Assembly: GCA_945915275.1 (NCBI GenBank) | Contig: CAMEEZ010000004.1 | Coordinates: forward strand, 1 to 48,426 | From: an uncultured Mycoplasma sp. | GTDB taxonomy: Bacteria; Bacillota_I; Bacilli_A; RF39; UBA660 | Direction of reading: 5' to 3' | DNA: 48,426 nt | Notes under the pieces: model-generated | Told to the model about the DNA's origin: nothing | Databases searched by the model: none | What the model saw: the letters and a program-made list of their open reading frames with translations, nothing else | Made by a program: the position numbers and the translations under genes | Shown here: positions 32,219 to 41,625 of the stretch, one piece after another | How the letters are laid out: every line of letters begins with the position of its first letter | How positions within the stretch are numbered: position 1 is the first letter of the stretch

Positions 32219-32749
32219 TTATATGCTCATTAATTCTTGTTCTTTTTCTTTTATTTTTTCATCAACTACTTTATTATATTTGTTTATTAATTCTTGAACT
32301 TCTTCTAAATAAAGTTTTTCTTCATCTTCCGGATACTCTTCCTTTTTTATGGCATTATTTGCATCTTGTCTTATGTTTCTTAAAGCCACTTTTGTTTCCT
32401 CAGCTAAAGCTTTAGCTTGCTTTACATAATCTCTTCTTCTATCTTCAGTAAGTTCAGGAATAGTTAAAATAATCAATTCTCCATTATTAATTGGAGCAAT
32501 TCCTAAATTTGCTTCATTTATCGCTTTTTCAATTTCTTTTAAAGCTCCACGATCAAATGGTTTAATCATAAGCTGACGAGCTTCAGGAACTGTAATATTA
32601 GCTAAACTTTGAATTGGAGTTGGAGTACCATAATAATTTGCATTAATTCCAGTTAACATTGCAGGATTAGCACGACCAGCTCTAATATTTAAAAGTTTTA
32701 ATTCCATGCTTTCTATTGTTTTTTTCATTTTTAATTCTGTATCATTCAT
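32219..32749 (-). CDS. frr: Ribosome recycling factor
   Basis: IRAGRANP, YYGTPTPI, PELTEDRR, RNIRQDAN. Confidence 0.97.
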   Translation of the reverse strand: MNDTELKMKKTIESMELKLLNIRAGRANPAMLTGINANYYGTPTPIQSLANITVPEARQLMIKPFDRGALKEIEKAINEANLGIAPINNGELIILTIPELTEDRRRDYVKQAKALAEETKVALRNIRQDANNAIKKEEYPEDEEKLYLEEVQELINKYNKVVDEKIKEKEQELMSI

Positions 32750-32760
32750 AATTTTTCTCC

Positions 32761-33525
32761 TTAATTTAATTTTACATTATCATTATAATTCACTATATTT
32801 GATTTGACAATATAACTTATAAAAAGACCACTTCCATCAATATATATTGCATAATTATCAAATAAAGTATTTAATGTTTCTTCTTTATTTATAACTTCTA
32901 TTCCATTTTCAGTTATATTTTGTTTCTCATCTAATTCTAAACTGACTTTATCCTTTATAGTGTCGAATGATAAATTGTACTTTTTCATTAAATCTTCATT
33001 AGTTAAAATTTTACCATTTTTTATATCTATGACATATCCCTTAATATTTTTAATAATAAAGTCATTATAGCAATTGAAATCTAAATCACTAATTATAACG
33101 CTATAATAATCTTTTGTTTTATAGATTTCATAATTTCTCTCAATAGCACTATAAATATCCGAATCTTCATATAATAATGTTTTTTTTGTATCTTTATTAG
33201 ATTCGTCTAATTTTATGATTGATTCTCTTATTTTATCCATTTCCGTTTTTAAAGATGAATTTAATATTTCAGCGCCTTCTATATTTAATATTACATCAGA
33301 AAAAGTTATTTCTGGTTCAGTACTAACTATTTCCTCATTTTCAAAATAAATATATTCTTTTTCTTTGTCGATCCTAAAATCAATATTTTTTTCTGATTGT
33401 TTGTTCTTATCATTTTTGTTATTATTCGATAAATCTTTGATATATACATATCCCCCAATAATCAAAAATAAAATAAATACCCAAAATAAGATAGATAATA
33501 TAATGTTTCTTGTTCTATTTTCCAT
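32761..33525 (-). CDS. Membrane-anchored extracellular protein, possibly PdaC/RsiV (DUF3298)-like
   Basis: Start MENRT at 33525 (RBS GGAGG); single TM; GYVIDIKNGKILTNEDL...YNL and IYIDGSG patterns. Confidence 0.6.
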   Translation of the reverse strand: MENRTRNIILSILFWVFILFLIIGGYVYIKDLSNNNKNDKNKQSEKNIDFRIDKEKEYIYFENEEIVSTEPEITFSDVILNIEGAEILNSSLKTEMDKIRESIIKLDESNKDTKKTLLYEDSDIYSAIERNYEIYKTKDYYSVIISDLDFNCYNDFIIKNIKGYVIDIKNGKILTNEDLMKKYNLSFDTIKDKVSLELDEKQNITENGIEVINKEETLNTLFDNYAIYIDGSGLFISYIVKSNIVNYNDNVKLN

Positions 33526-34114
33526 TATTATCCTCCAAATATTCATTAAATACATATCTTAAAGTTGCCTTTTTTAAATTAATATTATAGTCAGTCCAAT
33601 AATCACTTGGCGTCATTTTAGCATAAGTATAAGCTGTTTCTTCATCATAATATATAATCTTACCATTTTTTATTATAACCATTGAAGGTGCCACTAAATC
33701 TACTTTACCTATATCATTTTTCTTTAAATAATCTTGTAAAAATAATACTATACTCTCATAAGTTCCATTGTTATTTTTTCTATCTTCATAAAAATCATAA
33801 TATAAAATTTCTTTAATCCCTATTTCAAGAGAAACTTCATTTATAATTTTAGCATAATAGCCTGAAAATTCATTTTTACTAAAACCAAAGAAAATAATAG
33901 CATCATTATTTCTTAAAGCATTATAAATTTTAGTACTATTAGAATAAACAAATACATTTTTTGAAGGAACCATATTATATTCAAGGTTAAAAACATTTTG
34001 TTCTTCCATTTCTTCGATTGTATAATCCCTAGTTCCTATGATAATAAACCCAATTAATAATAGAACAAATATAACGAAATAACATATTTTTTGTTTTTTA
34101 CTTAAATCTTTCAT
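33515..34114 (-). CDS. Membrane-anchored thioredoxin-fold protein lacking CxxC
   Basis: Start MKDL at 34114 (RBS AGGAG); TM; IIFFGFSKNEFS, ILYYD, APSMVIIKNGKII (cis-Pro strand). Confidence 0.7.
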   Translation of the reverse strand: MKDLSKKQKICYFVIFVLLLIGFIIIGTRDYTIEEMEEQNVFNLEYNMVPSKNVFVYSNSTKIYNALRNNDAIIFFGFSKNEFSGYYAKIINEVSLEIGIKEILYYDFYEDRKNNNGTYESIVLFLQDYLKKNDIGKVDLVAPSMVIIKNGKIIYYDEETAYTYAKMTPSDYWTDYNINLKKATLRYVFNEYLEDNNGK

Positions 34115-34186
34115 ATAACAACTCCTAAGCTTAAGAATATTATACAATAAATTAAGCTCTTTTTGGTATTTAATTATCAAAAAGCA

Positions 34187-34216
34187 AAAAAAACGTCAAC
34201 TAATTTGGCGTTTTTT
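34187..34216 (-). terminator. Terminator overlapping the end of the 394-aa sigma gene
   Basis: AAAAACGCCAA-loop-TTGACGTTTTTTT. Confidence 0.7.
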
Positions 34217-35380
34217 GGTCATTCCATCTAATGATGGTAATCCTTCTATTCTTTTTCTTAACTTAGTTAAGCTTTTCTTTTCAATTTGTCTTACTCTTTC
34301 ACGAGTTAATCCGTATATTTTCCCAACTTCTTCTAAGGTATATACTCTATTATTATAAAAGCCATTTCTATATTTTAATATTTCTATATCTCTTGTATTT
34401 AATCCTATATTTTCACATAATTCTAAAATGCTATTTGCCATAATATTGTTTATGGCTGTTTCTTCTGTATTATCTTCGGCCATAAGATAAGTTTCTAATT
34501 CAACATCTTCATCTGCTCCAATATAATCATTTATACTAGAAACATGTAAATTATTAAATTTCAATTTTTCTATCTGTTCCACAGGAATATTTAATTCATC
34601 CGCTAATTCATTATTTGTTGGCATTCTTCCGAATCTTTCTATTAATTTATCCTCAGCCATGCGCATTTTACTAAGTTTCGATTCTATATGTGATGGTTTT
34701 CTAATAATTTTTTGCTGTTCATGAAAACCTCTTATGATTTTTTGACGTATCCACCATGTTGCATATGTAGAAAATTTAAATCCACGATCAGCATTAAATT
34801 TTTCAGCAGCTTTTATAAGACCCATATTACCATTTTGAATAATATCCAAATAATCCATTCCTCTATTTGTATATCCGTTTGCAATTTTTATAACTAATCT
34901 TAAATTATGATTTATTAATTCATTAAAGGCTGTTTTATCCCCTTTTTTTGCTTTGGATGCTAATATAGTTTCTTCTTCAGCTTTTAATAATGGATATTTT
35001 TCTACTTCAGAAAAATATGCTTTTACAGAATCAGTGACACATATAGGAGTATTAATATCATGATACAACTCTATACCCTTGATATTACAATAATCCTCTA
35101 AAAGTGCTTCAACAGATATCAAATCTTTTAATACATTAATTTCATTTTCGTTTATAAAATCAACAACTCTTTCAGCAAGTTCATTAAATTTTTTATTCTT
35201 TTCTACTAGACAAACAGTATCATAAAAACTTAAGTTAAGATTCTTTTTTGATAAAAAATTCACTATTTTTTTAATACTCTTTATATTTTCTGATATATTG
35301 TCAGATACTTCAATACATTCATTAATATATCTATTAAATCTGGCCATTTCTTCTTTTGGCAACGACATAATTTCATTCAT
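34196..35380 (-). CDS. RpoD-like sigma-70 factor (regions 1.2-4) with an atypical N-terminal domain
   Basis: [60 protein letters not shown]...LTRERVRQIE; RBS AAGGAG. Confidence 0.93.
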   Translation of the reverse strand: MNEIMSLPKEEMARFNRYINECIEVSDNISENIKSIKKIVNFLSKKNLNLSFYDTVCLVEKNKKFNELAERVVDFINENEINVLKDLISVEALLEDYCNIKGIELYHDINTPICVTDSVKAYFSEVEKYPLLKAEEETILASKAKKGDKTAFNELINHNLRLVIKIANGYTNRGMDYLDIIQNGNMGLIKAAEKFNADRGFKFSTYATWWIRQKIIRGFHEQQKIIRKPSHIESKLSKMRMAEDKLIERFGRMPTNNELADELNIPVEQIEKLKFNNLHVSSINDYIGADEDVELETYLMAEDNTEETAINNIMANSILELCENIGLNTRDIEILKYRNGFYNNRVYTLEEVGKIYGLTRERVRQIEKKSLTKLRKRIEGLPSLDGMTKKRQIS

Positions 35381-35446
35381 TACTATACTCCTTTTTTCTC
35401 TTGAATTACAATATTTGCATTTTCTTTATTTTGTAATCTCTAAAAC

Positions 35447-38230
35447 TTAATTAACCTTTTTCCTTGTTAAAGTAGAATTTTTTCTACGATTAATTTCTTC
35501 TTGAGTTAATTTATATTTATTTATAATTATACGTTCTATTTTAGGAACAATAGTGTTATGTATTTGATCAATATAATCACTAGTTAATTTAAATACATAA
35601 TTAGGATTTTGCAAATCCTTACCATAAACTATATAAAGTAAGTTTAATTCATTTAAATCTAAAAGTCCTAAAGCTGAAGTTACTTCCTCCTCAGTATATT
35701 CTCCTAAAAGTTCATAAATACTTTTCATATTATTACCATCAATAGAACTAAGCTGTGAGTTTTTTATAATATCTCTATCATTTTCTTCAATTTTAACATT
35801 CTCAGTTTTTTCTATATTTGATTTATTTTCTAAATTTAATTTTCTTTTGGCTTCCATAGTAGCTTGATTATGAATATATAATGAACGTATCTTTCTTAAA
35901 GCAATTTTTTCGATACTTCTAATTTTTTCGTAAGATATTTTTAATTTTTGAGAAATTTCTTTTAAATTATAAATCTTATTATTATAATATCCATACCTTA
36001 GCTTGATTACTTCGAGTTCAGTTTTCTTTAAACCAGCATTTAAAATAAATTCCCATAATGCATTTAAAGACAAGTTATTTTCCACTTCATCTTGAAGATT
36101 ATAATCATATTTTATGACATCTTTAAGTTCTGCACTATCTTCATCATCTGAAATAGGAACATTTATACTTTCTACATATATTGGACTCGTTTTTACTTCT
36201 TTAATTTTTGTTAAAGGAACTTTTAAAATTTCAGCAAGTCTTTCATCAGTAGGAGAATCCATATTTTTTTCTAGAGCAGTTATTTTATAATATAATTCTC
36301 TAACATCTTTAGGTACTCTTATTAAAGAATAGTTATGATTTATTGCTAATTGAATTTTTTGACGTATCCACCATGTTGCATACGTAGATAATTTATAGCC
36401 CTGTGTATAATCAAATTTTTCTATAGCTTCCATTAAACCAATATTTCCTTCTTCAATAAGGTCTAATAAGTCCATACCTTTATTTGTATATCGTTTAGCA
36501 ATTGTCACAACATATCTAAGATTATGTTCAATTAATTTGTTTTTGGCTTTTAAATCCCCATTCTTATATTGTTGAAACAATAAGAATTCTTCTTTTCTTG
36601 ATAAAACAGACTTTCTACTTATTTCCATTAAATACATTTTTAAAGAGTCATCAGTTATTGAACTATCAATATATAATTCAGGTTGTTTTTGCGTTTTTAT
36701 AACGGAATAAACATCTGTTAAATATAATAATCTATCATTTACAGGTAATTTTTCAAGGAAGTTAGAATTTTCTAATAATATTTCTAAATATTTTTGAAAA
36801 ATTTCATTCGTTTCTAACAAATTAGAACATAAATCCATATTAATATTTAAAAATCTTTCAAATTGATTTAAAAAGTCATTCAATATTTCCACACAATTTT
36901 TTAAATCAGGATTTGGATAAAAATTATCATTTATATATGTGATAATATCTTCGAATATATCACTTTTAAATTTTGACTTTAAAGTTTCTATATTCTCTAA
37001 GGAAATATTTGGTTCTTCTATGTGTATATAATCATGTTCTTCTTTTGATAAATTAGTTAATTTATTTTTAGATTTTTCTTCTTTTAAGAGTAATGCTTTT
37101 TTTATTTTTTCAACTGCCTTTTCCTCAATTTGATCTATTCTTTCATAACTCAAATTATATTTTTGAGCAGCTTCTCTATGTGTATGTTTTTTTCCATCGT
37201 ATTTTCCAAACAAAAACTTTATTATGTCTTTATTACGATCAGAAAACTTTTCTAAATTATTTAGTATCTCCCAAATTTCTTCTTTTTCTAATTTAGAAAT
37301 TATATCTTCATCTTGAGAATCATATATTTCTAATGATTCTTTTACATCATCAGATAATTCTTCAAAACTAATTATTTCGTTTGGATACATTAATATTTCT
37401 GTAGTTAATTGTTCATCTATATTTAAATATTGACTTATTTCTGAAACAGATGGATTATATCCATTTTTAGCAAAATAATTTTCTTGAAAACTCATAATAT
37501 CTTTATATAATTTATTATTTCTATCAGATATTTTTAAAGTACAATTTTTTTTGCTAAAAAATTTCTTAAGGTATGAATCTATACATTTATATACATAAGT
37601 GCTAAATTTCACTTGATAGTTTGGATTATAATTATCTATTGTTTTTATTAACATTAAATTTCCATTTTGAATCATATCTAATAATTCATGAGCATCATTA
37701 CTGTATTTTTGAGCTATTTTAGGAACTAATCGTAAATTTGATTTAATTATTACATTTCTTGCTTCTTTATCCCCATTTCTGACCTTTTTAAATAGTTCTA
37801 ATTCTTCTTCATAAGATAAAATAGAGTATTTCTTTATCTCTTTGATATATTCATTTAAAGTTTGACTATTATATTTATCAGAAATTAACTTCGTCATTAT
37901 TTCATCATAATCTAAATCATTTATATCACAATAGATCTTGATTAACGACTGAATATTTTCATCACAGCAAAGATTAATCATTGCTACTGATGATTTAGAA
38001 TTATTAATCGCGGTCACTAAAGTTTCAAGATTGAAATATAATCTTTGATTATTCTTTAATAATTCACTAAACACATTAATATTTGAATCAACAAAATTTC
38101 CAGAATAGTCGTTTTCCTCAATATATTTTATTAATTTTTTAAATGAAGCGATAATTGTATTCCAAGTATCTTCAAGAGTAAAATTTTCGTTGATAAAGTT
38201 ATCATATAATTTATATATATTTTCCCCCAT
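35447..38230 (-). CDS. Tandem double sigma-70 factor (two complete 1.2-2-3-4 modules in one polypeptide)
   Basis: Module A: [41 protein letters not shown]. Module B: [47 protein letters not shown]. Uninterrupted 927-aa frame. Confidence 0.92.
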   Translation of the reverse strand: MGENIYKLYDNFINENFTLEDTWNTIIASFKKLIKYIEENDYSGNFVDSNINVFSELLKNNQRLYFNLETLVTAINNSKSSVAMINLCCDENIQSLIKIYCDINDLDYDEIMTKLISDKYNSQTLNEYIKEIKKYSILSYEEELELFKKVRNGDKEARNVIIKSNLRLVPKIAQKYSNDAHELLDMIQNGNLMLIKTIDNYNPNYQVKFSTYVYKCIDSYLKKFFSKKNCTLKISDRNNKLYKDIMSFQENYFAKNGYNPSVSEISQYLNIDEQLTTEILMYPNEIISFEELSDDVKESLEIYDSQDEDIISKLEKEEIWEILNNLEKFSDRNKDIIKFLFGKYDGKKHTHREAAQKYNLSYERIDQIEEKAVEKIKKALLLKEEKSKNKLTNLSKEEHDYIHIEEPNISLENIETLKSKFKSDIFEDIITYINDNFYPNPDLKNCVEILNDFLNQFERFLNINMDLCSNLLETNEIFQKYLEILLENSNFLEKLPVNDRLLYLTDVYSVIKTQKQPELYIDSSITDDSLKMYLMEISRKSVLSRKEEFLLFQQYKNGDLKAKNKLIEHNLRYVVTIAKRYTNKGMDLLDLIEEGNIGLMEAIEKFDYTQGYKLSTYATWWIRQKIQLAINHNYSLIRVPKDVRELYYKITALEKNMDSPTDERLAEILKVPLTKIKEVKTSPIYVESINVPISDDEDSAELKDVIKYDYNLQDEVENNLSLNALWEFILNAGLKKTELEVIKLRYGYYNNKIYNLKEISQKLKISYEKIRSIEKIALRKIRSLYIHNQATMEAKRKLNLENKSNIEKTENVKIEENDRDIIKNSQLSSIDGNNMKSIYELLGEYTEEEVTSALGLLDLNELNLLYIVYGKDLQNPNYVFKLTSDYIDQIHNTIVPKIERIIINKYKLTQEEINRRKNSTLTRKKVN

Positions 38231-38259
38231 AAATCGATTCCCCTTTTTGAATAAGTCGT

Positions 38260-38288
38260 ATTATACTACATAATATGCAAAAAAGCAA
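38260..38288 (-). promoter_or_regulatory. SigA-type promoter of the sigma array
   Basis: TTGCTT-17 bp-TATAAT, just downstream of the tsf terminator (AGGTGC-loop-GCATCTTTTTT at about 38291-38312). Confidence 0.65.
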
Positions 38289-38302
38289 ATAAAAAAGATG
38301 CT

Positions 38303-39181
38303 TTACGCACCTTTTACTTGATTCATAACTTCTTCAGCAAAGTTATCATTTCTTTTTTCCATACCTTCGCCAACTTCAAAACGAACCATTTTTATTACTT
38401 TTCCATTATTATTTTTAACATATGTTTTAACATCAATATTTCCATCTTTAACAAATGCTTGCTCATTTAAACATACTTCTTTATAATATTTTTTTATTTT
38501 ACCATCAACGATTTTATCTGCCATTTCTGGTTTTTTACCTTCGTTAATTACTTGTTCTTTTAATATTTTTCTTTCATTTTCTAAAACTTCAGCAGGAACA
38601 TCCTCAGGATTTAAATACATTGGTCTCATTGCTGCTACTTGCATTGCTACATCTTTAGCAACTTCTTCGTTAGCACCTTCTAATAGTGTCAAAACAGCAA
38701 TTTTTCCACCCATATGTAAATAAGCTCCAAATGAATCACTATCCTCTTTCTCTAAAACTTCAATTCTTCTTAAAGATAATTTTTCTCCAATTTTTGCAGT
38801 TTTAGCAACAATTAAATCTTTAATAGTTCCTTCTTCACATGATAGTTCTAAAGCTTCTTCTAGAGTATTAGCGTTACTATTTATAATAGTTTTACCAATT
38901 GTATCAATCATTGCTTTAAATTCTTCATTTTTACTTACAAAGTCTGTTTCAGAGTTAACTTCAATTATAACTGCCTTATTTTTTTCAATATAAATATTTG
39001 CCAATCCTTCTGCTGCTATACGAGATTCCTTTTTTGCGGATTTAGCAATTCCTTTTTCTCTTAACCAATCAATTGATTTATCCATATCTCCATTACATTC
39101 AGCTAAGGCTTTTTTACAGTCCATCATTCCTGCTCCACTAGCTTCACGTAATTCTTTTACCATACTTGCAGTAATTTCCAT
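38303..39181 (-). CDS. tsf: Elongation factor Ts
   Basis: VKELREASGAGMMDCKKAL, EVNSETDFV, RFEVGEG. Confidence 0.98.
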   Translation of the reverse strand: MEITASMVKELREASGAGMMDCKKALAECNGDMDKSIDWLREKGIAKSAKKESRIAAEGLANIYIEKNKAVIIEVNSETDFVSKNEEFKAMIDTIGKTIINSNANTLEEALELSCEEGTIKDLIVAKTAKIGEKLSLRRIEVLEKEDSDSFGAYLHMGGKIAVLTLLEGANEEVAKDVAMQVAAMRPMYLNPEDVPAEVLENERKILKEQVINEGKKPEMADKIVDGKIKKYYKEVCLNEQAFVKDGNIDVKTYVKNNNGKVIKMVRFEVGEGMEKRNDNFAEEVMNQVKGA

Positions 39182-39193
39182 TTTTATTCCTCC

Positions 39194-40123
39194 TTAGCTT
39201 AATGATGATATTAATTCATCTTTTTTCATTGAAGAATAGCCTTTAATTCCAGCTTCTTTTGCCATTGCTTTTAATTCAGCTAAAGTTTTTCCTGTTAAAT
39301 CTTCTACTTCAGTAACATCTTCTGTTTTAGCTTCCTCTACTACTGGAACTTCAACATTTTCTACTTCTTTTTTAGTAGCTGATTCTTTTGTTTCAGCTTT
39401 TGTTTCTTTTTTGTCTTCTTCAGTAACATAGTCAACAATTTCAAGACCATTTACTTCACAGATAGCATTATTTAATACTCCTAAAACAACTTTTACAGCA
39501 CGAACTGCATCATCATTTCCAGGTATTACAAAATCAACATCATCTGGATCACAATTTGTATCAACAATTCCAAATACTGGAATATTTAATTTTCTTGCTT
39601 CTCTAATTGCATTTATTTCTTTTTTAGGATCAACAACAATCAAAGCATTTGGAAGTTTAGTCATATTTCTAATTCCACATAATACACGATTTAATTTTTC
39701 ATATTCTTTCTTTAAACCGATAACTTCCTTTTTAGGTAATGCTTCGAAAGTACCATCTTGTTCCATTTTTTCAATTTCTTCTAAACGTTTAACTCTTCTT
39801 CTGATAGTTCTAAAATTAGTTAATGTTCCACCTAACCATCTTTCAACTACATAATAAGAATTACTTCTTTCAGCTTCTTCTTTTGCTGCTTCACTTGCTT
39901 GTTTTTTAGTACCAACATATAAGAAAGTACCACCATTTTCAGCAATTTTCTTTATCTCAGCGTATGCCTCTTCGATTAACGCTTGAGTTTTTTGCAAATC
40001 AATAATATAAATATCATCTCTTGCAGTAAAAATATATTCTTTCATCTTTGGATTCCATCTTTTTGTTTGATGACCAAAATGAACACCAGCTTCTAATAAA
40101 TAACTCATAGAAACTACAGCCAT
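39194..40123 (-). CDS. rpsB: 30S ribosomal protein S2 with a C-terminal Rho-N-like helical domain
   Basis: [34 protein letters not shown]; tail [31 protein letters not shown]. Confidence 0.98.
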   Translation of the reverse strand: MAVVSMSYLLEAGVHFGHQTKRWNPKMKEYIFTARDDIYIIDLQKTQALIEEAYAEIKKIAENGGTFLYVGTKKQASEAAKEEAERSNSYYVVERWLGGTLTNFRTIRRRVKRLEEIEKMEQDGTFEALPKKEVIGLKKEYEKLNRVLCGIRNMTKLPNALIVVDPKKEINAIREARKLNIPVFGIVDTNCDPDDVDFVIPGNDDAVRAVKVVLGVLNNAICEVNGLEIVDYVTEEDKKETKAETKESATKKEVENVEVPVVEEAKTEDVTEVEDLTGKTLAELKAMAKEAGIKGYSSMKKDELISSLS

Positions 40124-40129
40124 AAAAAA

Positions 40130-40235
40130 TTCCCTCCTTCGTTATTTCCTCTTAATACTTCAACTTATCTTTCCACCTCTTCGGCACTCGGAAAAATAAT
40201 CCATATTAATGTGTATTTGCTTTTTTATAAGCCAC
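40130..40235 (-). ncRNA. Putative rpsB (S2) autoregulatory 5' leader
   Basis: About 110-nt UTR after promoter TTGCTA-17-TAAAAT (40268-40240); nested stem TTAATA/TATTAA enclosing TTATTTTTCC/GGAAAGATAA; 5' GTG could pair with CAC. Confidence 0.55.
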
Positions 40236-40293
40236 GTATATTTTATCAAATTATATAATTAATAGCAAGATTAAATTACAGCTAAAAATTCAT

Positions 40294-40884
40294 TTAATCT
40301 TTCTTAATTTTGGCATATAAGCAGCCACAATAATCTTGCCTATATAAATTATATTTTTTGGCCAACTTAATACTATCTAAATACCCATTTTCTTTTTTAA
40401 AATCACTAAATAAATACTTGATTTTATCATCTTGTAAGGTTCTACCTAGATTATTAATCATTTCACTATTTTTATGGGGACTTACTGTAAGTGTTGTTCC
40501 AAAATATTCAAAATGATTTTTAATAGCTTCTTCTTTTACGACTTTCAAACGATGTTGTATACATAAAATACATCTTTTTCCACCTTCTGGTTCATTTTCT
40601 AACCCATAGGATAATTTTACAAATTCATTATGGTTATAATCAATATCCAACAGTGGAATACTTTTTTCTTCTAAAAATTTTATTTGTTCTGCTTTTCTTT
40701 TGAGATATTCTTCTTCTGGTTCAATATTTGGATTATAATAAATTACAGTTATATTAAAGTAATTTTCTAAAACAGAAATAACATGAGTTGAACAAGGGCC
40801 ACAGCAACTATGTAATAATAATTTTGGCTTATAATCTAAAGTGCTAATTAACTCTTTTAAGACATTATTATAATTAATCTTCAT
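40294..40884 (-). CDS. queH: Epoxyqueuosine reductase QueH
   Basis: LLHSCCGPCS, YNPNI, RCILC...RL, TTLTVSPHK, LYRQDYCGC. Confidence 0.93.
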   Translation of the reverse strand: MKINYNNVLKELISTLDYKPKLLLHSCCGPCSTHVISVLENYFNITVIYYNPNIEPEEEYLKRKAEQIKFLEEKSIPLLDIDYNHNEFVKLSYGLENEPEGGKRCILCIQHRLKVVKEEAIKNHFEYFGTTLTVSPHKNSEMINNLGRTLQDDKIKYLFSDFKKENGYLDSIKLAKKYNLYRQDYCGCLYAKIKKD

Positions 40885-41623
40885 TTTCTTCCTCTTGTTT
40901 TTTGGCTTCTTGATCTTTCAAACTATCATAAGAAGTAATACTTATAGTATCACGATTTGAATTAAGATAAATTATTCCTCTAATTCCTTCATCCATCGTA
41001 GCACATATCTTATCATATTCATTTAATCTTTTTAAATTAATAGTATTTACATAAACTGTATTTGTATCATTCATTCTTAAAACAAATCGTGTGTCATCAA
41101 TGGTTACTCCATCTTTTTCTTCTAAAGAATACTCTATCTCACTTATCATACCTATAATACTAGAATCTATATCTTTAAATTTTTTTATAAAGTTATTTAA
41201 TATTTCTTCGGGAACAAAATTTATTAATATAGGTACCCCTAGATATTTATTACTATTCTCGGTAGTATTGCCATTAGATAAATATATTAAATCAGCATTT
41301 CTTGAATAAAATAATGGTTGTGCTTCATTAATAATTATTGTTACTTTCCCAAAAATATTTTTCTTCACTTTAGCTTCTTCAACTAAATCTAATTTTTCTA
41401 ATTTCTTTTCAATTTTCTTGTTTTTTAATTTAATTATAGCAGGATAATCTTTTAACCCAGCAGTTTCAATTATTTCTAAATCAGTTAAATAATTAGTACC
41501 CATTACATAGATATTTTTTATTGGTAGATTTAATAAATAATAACCAAGCATACCTATTAAATAGAAAAATAAAATAATAACAAGAAAACTTCTAATACGA
41601 TGTTTCTTTTTTACTTTTTTCAT
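40874..41623 (-). CDS. divIB: Cell division protein FtsQ/DivIB
   Basis: Basic N-terminus, TM, POTRA (IYVMGTNYL...I), L.MND.N.V; follows murB. Confidence 0.85.
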   Translation of the reverse strand: MKKVKKKHRIRSFLVIILFFYLIGMLGYYLLNLPIKNIYVMGTNYLTDLEIIETAGLKDYPAIIKLKNKKIEKKLEKLDLVEEAKVKKNIFGKVTIIINEAQPLFYSRNADLIYLSNGNTTENSNKYLGVPILINFVPEEILNNFIKKFKDIDSSIIGMISEIEYSLEEKDGVTIDDTRFVLRMNDTNTVYVNTINLKRLNEYDKICATMDEGIRGIIYLNSNRDTISITSYDSLKDQEAKKQEEENED

Positions 41624-41625
41624 TT

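Noticed and set aside
32761-33525. Anti-sigma factor for the neighbouring sigma array
   Set aside because: The cytoplasmic N-terminus is only about 7 residues, too short for an anti-sigma domain, and the neighbouring sigmas are not ECF type
34196-35380. 394-aa sigma as the primary housekeeping rpoD/sigA
   Set aside because: There is no adjacent dnaG, region 2.4 diverges (QKIIRGFHEQQKIIRKP versus QAITRAIADQARTIRIP), and it shares its N-terminal domain with the fused paralogs; no gene symbol assigned
35401-35440. Inverted repeat ATTACAA...TTGTAAT between the two sigma genes as a terminator
   Set aside because: The stem is weak and AT-rich with a long loop and no U-tract on the coding strand; it could be an operator or processing site but that is unsupported
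34196-35480. Basic C-terminal tails ([16 protein letters not shown]) as secretion signals for exported sigma effectors
   Set aside because: There are only two examples, Lys-rich ends are expected at this AT content, the KKRQIS codons coincide with the terminator hairpin, and no secretion genes are in the window; a genome-wide test would be needed
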